Below, in pieces: positions 27,701-31,612 of a DNA stretch of 31,612 nt. Numbering within the stretch: the stretch's first letter is position 1; each line of letters begins with the position of its first letter. Origin of the DNA: a virus (taxonomy: Duplodnaviria > Caudoviricetes); IMG/VR virus record IMGVR_UViG_3300011335_000564, positions 1 through 31,612 of that record. One strand, 5' to 3'. The translations under genes and the position numbers were made by a program. The notes under the pieces were generated by a model that was not told the DNA's origin, did not search any database, and saw only the letters and a program-made list of their open reading frames with translations.

Positions 27701-28217
27701 CTTGCTCTAATTGATCAACAACATTTTGTTGACGACGCATTTCTCCTTGCGTCATTCTTTCAGCTTCTAAACGTTTTTCTTTTTCATAATCAGCTTGATA
27801 TTTGTCAATAAAATCTTGAGCAAAATCTACCTCTTGCGCTGGAGAAACTTGATTATCAGGAATACGAGAAGGTTCTGGTTTAGTTTGTTGAGTGGCTGGG
27901 GCTGATTCATTTGCAGCACGGGCTACATTGGCTAAATTAACCTTTACGTTGCCAGCGGTTGCGGATTTGGCTAGGCCTTTAAGCAATCGTCGAGTACCTA
28001 GAAACCCAGCGGCGCCTCCCGCTAAAGCAAGGCCTATCCCGAGACCTACAGACAGCGGATCGGTACCCTTAGGTTGCTCTTGCTGTGGTGCGCGAAGTTG
28101 ATTTTGGCGAAATGCTCTGACTTCAGGGACTAATTCAGCCCTTTCATACGGATCATCAGGAATTTGAACACCTGTTGCGCGGCTATAAGCGTAAAAATCA
28201 GCTGGAGAAACAGCCAT
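24735..28217 (-). CDS. Large putative internal/ejection protein with one TM segment
   Basis: 1160 aa with TM-like 'LSVGLGIGLALAGGAAGFLG' near residues 55-74 followed by basic residues. First gene of the minus-strand module; no catalytic motif recognised. Confidence 0.55.
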   Translation of the reverse strand: MAVSPADFYAYSRATGVQIPDDPYERAELVPEVRAFRQNQLRAPQQEQPKGTDPLSVGLGIGLALAGGAAGFLGTRRLLKGLAKSATAGNVKVNLANVARAANESAPATQQTKPEPSRIPDNQVSPAQEVDFAQDFIDKYQADYEKEKRLEAERMTQGEMRRQQNVVDQLEQEEAQNILAGLASQPETRMVRRHGRMVPREGNLQRPVFSPRSYAESVGSLAAPEDLTQVQQKELPSVVRQQNEANDTGLDQVIQNIDSLSQRDVQNVTEGGYTSAAKTAADPSEAALRVSASESLVSQLNKRKALRQQALNEARQSLDISTEDAPLPEGFNFQVASSVDPELVGTLAAEKLREAKQRKQTPPPARITQEYNEALFDDNNLLKPEIIAKNLGDENVFPRELSEALASSMVSTGNISDVFIGNPDVHRLATQHVRKKLLAADNANSIKDYLISGGEIQFPKTKGFGYTGTQSSPTEVITVTNAKGEQNISVSRPRASARYDRSDLEPLYFDPETRSLVRKSDIGATQSSLGEAGTGIGAEIGQAVGFVPRDEVEPFVTLPGSSASGAEEGARYKGQGVGYAIGGVKEYGSGKEREVAEIAERPLFNNTYEAMDAGKVKLTDTGNAYLKVDKLMLLANPGLEGYVDPNYGTLFKNPQTNRNFQNPDEAVSLYNRLTNNYNKKLLEPSTERIDTLGRFENLDVTVLNTKNRQVKLGTLSPNLIIDQVTRRDSAGNTVTSDVTLSQALRNLLTNPVLTDERGNFIKDASGLPQRKAPLIQEHTVLEEDPTTGVVKEGAKYFLQTRYEVPDERKYIDQATGEKRSPLLGLNDAQLPMSSLQRDPETNKLPGTKNHYLFLQGVQDAFSQLIPGHRIKVIDDALRIGKEGGYEFAGGPGKNPILNEALTVANTLVQTSEPSRVRVNATTLDTDLGDRYGLGAAVSGPAQRTIPIAGRGGREIGLPGQQVKMRLVNDPDTEIGAKTYQGVLEPGRTITETISPEVAGGKRLSAALLDYRQRSGKPMQKQNVLAFASAIAQQEGADLNGLLREAASVSKGRVQQANTGKLMTQGRTALSAMDRFSPYEEIAQTVAEYDFNETIGSDIEDLITNSQSKEIDAELAARQAQRASVEPPGAYGFKANDQDISNAMGQLMAQAGRRAGKRRNR

Positions 28218-28318
28218 TTGGTTTTATTGCAGAAACTTTTGCCTTCCCATATTCTATTAGCTAGATACCCAAAGAATAGATGACTTATATTTAGTAAAGA
28301 CACAAGTTTTGGGTACTA

Positions 28319-28531
28319 ATGGACGCAGGTGTCCGCCAAAAGCGCGTTGAAGCCCTTGAAAAAATCAAGGAAGTTGCGCTAGAACGTGCAAAAGAAGGTG
28401 CTGACTCTTTTGAAGTGCGTGATTTTGTTACCGAAGCCAAAAAAGAGTTGGCTTATCAGCTACCAGACGAAGAAGCATTTAGAAAAGCAGTGAAAGCCAC
28501 GCAAGCTTACAAGGGTTCAAAAGAAAGTTAA
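28319..28531 (+). CDS. Hypothetical 70-aa helical protein, divergent from the virion module
   Basis: Clean ATG ORF followed by a terminator. Confidence 0.7.
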   Translation: MDAGVRQKRVEALEKIKEVALERAKEGADSFEVRDFVTEAKKELAYQLPDEEAFRKAVKATQAYKGSKES

Positions 28532-28550
28532 GACCTAAGTTTATTTTCAC

Positions 28551-28580
28551 AAAGTCCGGGGCTTAAAACCCCGGCTTTTT
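28551..28580 (+). terminator. Rho-independent terminator
   Basis: AAAGT-CCGGGG-CTTAAAA-CCCCGG-CTTTTT. Confidence 0.8.
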
Positions 28581-28845
28581 GGTGTAAATATTTGGGCAAA
28601 GTCCCAGGTTTACATACATATTTAGGATTTTATATTTTTTTACTATCTGTAATAACACATTTGTTTTGATGTGATACCCAGCAGCAATGCTGTGGGTTAA
28701 TTTGTGCCGGGAGCAAGTCTTACTTACACAACGCACCAAGTTTTGGACCTGATTTTGGTATGATTTGCTCAACTCTTCTCACATACCCTACCCGACGTAG
28801 ATGCCGTATAGAAAAAAAGAAAAGGTGTAGGGGTCAATAATTATA

Positions 28846-28874
28846 GCGGGGGCTGCGCATCCGTAAAACGCAGA
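28846..28874 (+). ncRNA. Candidate H-type pseudoknot, copy 1
   Basis: GCGGG-GGCTGCGCA-TCCGT-AAAA-CGCAG. Stem 1 is 28846-50/28860-64, and loop CTGCG pairs with CGCAG. Confidence 0.55.
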
Positions 28875-28894
28875 GTTCCATTGCATTCAATTCC

Positions 28895-29167
28895 ATGCGT
28901 ACATTTGAGCAGGCTGAAGTTTACTTTGGCCGTTGCGACCAGGCAGCAGAGTATCTGATGAAGGGCAAGAAGGTGAGCATTCACCTTGAAGTGTTGGGTC
29001 AGTTCGGTACTGACGTGAAGCAGTGGCTTGTGGATCTACACAATGCTATTGCAGTCGAGTGCTATGACCCAGCAGATTGCCTAGAGGATAGCTGCTCGCC
29101 TGAGTATAAGTTGTCAGTACTTGTGAAGAATGGCAAAGCAATTGCCAGTGCGAAGCAAGTTAACTGA
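28895..29167 (+). CDS. Early-region hypothetical protein, 90 aa
   Basis: ATG ORF after a structured leader. Confidence 0.65.
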   Translation: MRTFEQAEVYFGRCDQAAEYLMKGKKVSIHLEVLGQFGTDVKQWLVDLHNAIAVECYDPADCLEDSCSPEYKLSVLVKNGKAIASAKQVN

Positions 29168-29174
29168 CTACGTT

Positions 29175-29225
29175 TGAAGGTTGCCTCTTCCCCTGGTGAT
29201 TAGCCAGGGGTTTATGCAGCACTCA
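29175..29225 (+). ncRNA. Long hairpin with pyrimidine-rich internal loop, copy 1
   Basis: TGA-AG-GTTGC-CTCTT-CCCCTGG(TGATTAG)CCAGGGG-TTTAT-GCAGC-AC-TCA. Confidence 0.5.
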
Positions 29226-29380
29226 TTCGCTGGTATCCTTACTATCCATAAGGTATAATACCAGCCAATAAGCTGTCGTTCACCCCAAATCCCTTGCTAT
29301 CACTACATTCTTATACCCATTTAGGCTAAGTATCTAGGTGGGGCAAATAAGATTGTCGTAAGCATAGGGCTATGTATAAC

Positions 29381-29408
29381 CAGGGGCTGCGCATCTGTAA
29401 CACGCAGA
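29381..29408 (+). ncRNA. Candidate H-type pseudoknot, copy 2
   Basis: CAGG-GGCTGCGCA-TCTG-TAACA-CGCAG, with a G-C to A-T compensatory change in stem 1 relative to copy 1. Confidence 0.55.
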
Positions 29409-29436
29409 CAACTCAACCACAACCAAGGAATTAAAC

Positions 29437-29766
29437 ATGGCAATCCTCAAAGAGATCTACATGGAGAAGGCTAAGGGCTACAACTCAAGTGGCCGAGGCA
29501 ACAGCGTTGCATCTTGTGCATACCGCGCAGCAAATAACGCCAAGACCAAAGGTTGGCGAACCTGGTGGATCTCCGATCAATGCGATGTGCTCGACATGGC
29601 AACTGTTATCAGCCACAAACCAAACACCAACTGGTACTACGTACTTAGGTTGGAGGAGGACCTGGAACTAGTGTGGAAGGTTCTAGCTGATAACTATAAG
29701 GATGTGTTAAACACATACCTGCAATACCATGCAGCTCTTGAGCCTTACGAGCCTTGCGAGTACTGA
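29437..29766 (+). CDS. Early-region hypothetical protein, 109 aa
   Basis: SD AAGGA and a C/A-rich leader. Confidence 0.7.
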   Translation: MAILKEIYMEKAKGYNSSGRGNSVASCAYRAANNAKTKGWRTWWISDQCDVLDMATVISHKPNTNWYYVLRLEEDLELVWKVLADNYKDVLNTYLQYHAALEPYEPCEY

Positions 29767-29805
29767 GTGCCAGGCGTGAGCCGGGGGATCGAATCCCCCA
29801 CTCAG
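29763..29805 (+). ncRNA. tRNA-like three-way junction element A
   Basis: CTGAGTG/CACTCAG closing stem, GGC(GTGA)GCC GNRA hairpin, GGGG(ATCGAAT)CCCC T-arm-like hairpin. Confidence 0.65.
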
Positions 29806-29849
29806 CATTGCCTCCAGCGGAGATAGGCACCGCACACACGGAGAACACC

Positions 29850-30068
29850 GTGACCAACACCACCACAGCTACACTTCCTACCAGGGAAGAGCTAGCTAAC
29901 ACGGCCTACGACACTATCCAGTATTGGATGGAGTCAGGCCACTCGCAGCTACTAAGCCGTGAGCAAGCACTTGAGATCGCCGCATGGGGTCTCAAGATTG
30001 CAGGCTATAGCGAGCTGCAACACCACGTTCTTGCGGAGCTTGTAGAGCTTCCCGAGAACTACGGCTGA
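29850..30068 (+). CDS. Early-region hypothetical protein, 72 aa
   Basis: Start reassigned to GTG 29850 with a GGAG SD. The track's longer N-terminus runs through RNA element A. Confidence 0.65.
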   Translation: MTNTTTATLPTREELANTAYDTIQYWMESGHSQLLSREQALEIAAWGLKIAGYSELQHHVLAELVELPENYG

Positions 30069-30109
30069 TCCGTCAAAGCGGAAGGCAGGGTGCAATTCCC
30101 TGCTCAGCC
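30063..30109 (+). ncRNA. tRNA-like three-way junction element B
   Basis: GGCTGA/TCAGCC closing stem, TCCG(TCAAAG)CGGA side hairpin, GCAGGG(TGCAATT)CCCTGC T-arm-like hairpin. Confidence 0.6.
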
Positions 30110-30143
30110 ATTACCACACACTGAGTGTGGTCAACTCAACATC

Positions 30144-30332
30144 ATGACTAACTACAGAACATTCAGCTTTGCTGTCACAGGCGTTGTAGCAACCATGGCT
30201 ATTGTTTGTCACCTTGGTGTACAAGCATTAGACAAGGCTACAGCCGAACAATGCAAGACACATGCATGGCCCCAGGCTGCACATCAAGTCCACATGGACT
30301 GGTGTGCAGACAATGGCTATACAACCAACTGA
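30144..30332 (+). CDS. Small membrane protein (N-terminal TM, paired Cys in soluble tail), 62 aa
   Basis: ATG 30144 after a C/A-rich leader; TM 'FSFAVTGVVATMAIVCHLGV'. Confidence 0.65.
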   Translation: MTNYRTFSFAVTGVVATMAIVCHLGVQALDKATAEQCKTHAWPQAAHQVHMDWCADNGYTTN

Positions 30333-30373
30333 GTACCAGGCGTGAGCCGGGGGATCGAATCCCCTACTCAGTT
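30327..30373 (+). ncRNA. tRNA-like three-way junction element C
   Basis: Near-identical to A, with an AACTGAGTA/TACTCAGTT stem showing G-C to A-T covariation. Confidence 0.65.
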
Positions 30374-30408
30374 ATTACCACCCACCGAGGGTGGTTACAC
30401 CACTGACC

Positions 30409-30561
30409 ATGGCTATTCGCAAAGCTATTGCTAATCAACTCTTCAATGCTGCCAAGGCATTGGAGAAAGACCAGACCAAGGAGCAAACCGGTAGGTTAAT
30501 CAATGGCATACGCATTAGTTTAGCTAATGTCATCATGCCTAACATACCGCTATCTAAGTAG
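30409..30561 (+). CDS. Early-region hypothetical protein, 50 aa
   Basis: Manual translation MAIRKAIANQLFNAAKALEKDQTKEQTGRLINGIRISLANVIMPNIPLSK*. Fits between two hairpin spacers. Confidence 0.6.
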   Translation: MAIRKAIANQLFNAAKALEKDQTKEQTGRLINGIRISLANVIMPNIPLSK

Positions 30562-30620
30562 TACACACGTACTATCCCCCTCCACCCGCAAGGGTGGGCA
30601 CACATCCCTAAGTAATCACC

Positions 30621-30806
30621 ATGCTTCAACCTATTCTTGCAATTGTCATGGGCACTGGTGCTGGCATGCTACTGGCCGTCGGCGGGCAGAAGTTACTCAA
30701 CCAGCACTACCAGGAAACATGCCCATCCAAACCTACACATCAGCTAGTATCTATCACCAGCTTTATCGGTGATGCAGACTACTGTATTAACAAGAGCTGG
30801 CTCTGA
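30621..30806 (+). CDS. Small membrane protein (N-terminal TM, two Cys), 61 aa
   Basis: TM 'ILAIVMGTGAGMLLAVGG', then C...HQ...DYC. Confidence 0.65.
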   Translation: MLQPILAIVMGTGAGMLLAVGGQKLLNQHYQETCPSKPTHQLVSITSFIGDADYCINKSWL

Positions 30807-30813
30807 CACTCCT

Positions 30814-30839
30814 TGTCCTAAGCATGACATTAAACTGCT
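30814..30839 (+). ncRNA. Candidate compact H-type pseudoknot, second sequence type
   Basis: TGTC(CTAAGCAT)GACA-TTAAAC-TGCT; loop AGCA pairs with TGCT. Confidence 0.45.
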
Positions 30840-30869
30840 ACTCAACTCAATCCAACCCAACTAGGAACT

Positions 30870-31112
30870 ATGTCTCCTTCAAGCGTTGAACATCTACTTA
30901 CCCAGCAAGCTCGCCTTCTGGCACGTAGAGAAACACCAGTCATCGACCAAGAGCTTGAGAACTTACGCCAATCGGCATTGGAAGTATTCTTCCAGTGGCA
31001 AGATGGAGCACGTGAGTTCCAAGATCTAATACCCTTTGTTGCCATCCTTGAGAAGAAGGTTGATCTCAACCGGTCACTACTCAAGTGGGAACAAGAACAC
31101 ATCACTGACTGA
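30870..31112 (+). CDS. Early-region hypothetical helical protein, 80 aa
   Basis: SD AGGA and a C/A-rich leader. Confidence 0.7.
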   Translation: MSPSSVEHLLTQQARLLARRETPVIDQELENLRQSALEVFFQWQDGAREFQDLIPFVAILEKKVDLNRSLLKWEQEHITD

Positions 31113-31166
31113 TCTCTGCACTTAACCCTGAGTAACACCAGGGTTTTCTGCAGGGTTCACCCCTGC
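31110..31166 (+). ncRNA. Long hairpin with pyrimidine internal loop, copy 2, with an alternative 3' hairpin
   Basis: TGA-T-CTCTGCA-CTT-AACCCTG(AGTAACAC)CAGGGTT-TTC-TGCAGGG-T-TCA; alternative fold GCAGGG(TTCAC)CCCTGC. Confidence 0.5.
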
Positions 31167-31190
31167 TCAACATCTACACCACTCACATCT

Positions 31191-31451
31191 ATGGCAATTA
31201 CACTTGACCACCAACAAATCCAATACGCACTCAAAGAGTTCGATATTAAAGAGCAAGATTATTACTTGTTGTTTGATCAAAATGTCTACATGGTTTGGTG
31301 CACCACAGGCGCCAAGGCATTGCAACTTGTAACCGAAAACTCTTGCGTATCACTTGACCACAAGAATCAATGGTACTATCTCCATGAAATTCCTGAGTCA
31401 TACGTAGTACCAAGCTACGTATGCGTCAAGTACATCCTTGCTACGAACTGA
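31191..31451 (+). CDS. Early-region hypothetical protein, 86 aa
   Basis: ATG ORF after a C/A-rich leader. Confidence 0.65.
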   Translation: MAITLDHQQIQYALKEFDIKEQDYYLLFDQNVYMVWCTTGAKALQLVTENSCVSLDHKNQWYYLHEIPESYVVPSYVCVKYILATN

Positions 31452-31452
31452 C

Positions 31453-31612
31453 ATGAAACAAGTCATCCGCATCGGCAACAAACGCTACATTCACCTAGAT
31501 ACCTATGGTGAATACAAAGATACCACCCTGTCTAAGATCGTCATGACAACCCTTGTACTAGCTATTGCAGCAATCACTGCAGGAGCTATGGTTGGCATTG
31601 ACATCACCAACA
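31453..31612 (+). CDS. Small membrane protein, truncated by the window edge
   Basis: MKQVIRIGNKRYIHLDTYGEYKDTTLSKIVMTTLVLAIAAITAGAMVGIDITN..., starting 1 nt after the upstream stop. Confidence 0.6.
   Translation, partial: MKQVIRIGNKRYIHLDTYGEYKDTTLSKIVMTTLVLAIAAITAGAMVGIDITN

Noticed and set aside
28563-28772. 69-aa minus-strand ORF in the switch region
   Set aside because: TTG start, no SD, AT-rich low-information sequence, and it ends inside a terminator hairpin.
29763-30373. Genuine tRNA genes suggested by GGATCGAATCC and GGTGCAATTCC
   Set aside because: The elements are only 43-47 nt and lack D and anticodon arms. They are reported as tRNA-like elements instead.
28846-30395. CRISPR or mini-CRISPR array from the repeated motifs
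   Set aside because: The repeats are separated by whole ORFs (250-550 nt), not 30-40 nt spacers, and no cas genes are present.
30814-30860. Pistol ribozyme or preQ1 riboswitch
   Set aside because: Only the generic hairpin plus UAAA linker is shared. The additional pistol stems and the preQ1 loop consensus are absent.
1-31612. Integrase, transposase, reverse transcriptase/DGR or rRNA
   Set aside because: No corresponding motifs were seen in the translated ORFs or gaps.

Overview
The window is a gene-dense segment of a tailed dsDNA phage (Caudoviricetes). It is probably a podovirus-like freshwater cyanophage, but host and morphology are inferred only. Bases 1-28217 form one minus-strand virion/packaging module. 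It encodes many Gly/Ala/Gln-rich putative internal (ejection) proteins, a terminase small-subunit candidate and large subunit, a holin-like and an AbrB-like protein, portal, scaffold, major capsid protein (MCP), a decoration-like protein, an HhH protein, an M23 peptidase, a head-tail adaptor, an SLT-type muralytic enzyme, tail proteins, a Gly-X-Thr collagen fibre and a GT4-like glycosyltransferase. After a strand switch near 28.3-28.85 kb, a plus-strand array of small early/host-takeover ORFs begins. Nearly every spacer in that array holds a structured RNA element: three tRNA-top-half-like three-way junctions starting at stop codons, three H-type pseudoknots, two long internal-loop hairpins and small hairpins, several with compensatory base changes. 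Other highlights are a circularly permuted M23 peptidase, an exact in-frame 69-bp tandem duplication in the MCP gene, and a small protein carrying a copy of an MCP loop motif. There are also two long +1-frame gene overlaps with internal Shine-Dalgarno (SD) sites, a SWIM finger split by about 144 aa, and a structured leader before a signal-peptide-like 38-aa sORF. All calls come from manual motif reading; no database searches were run.
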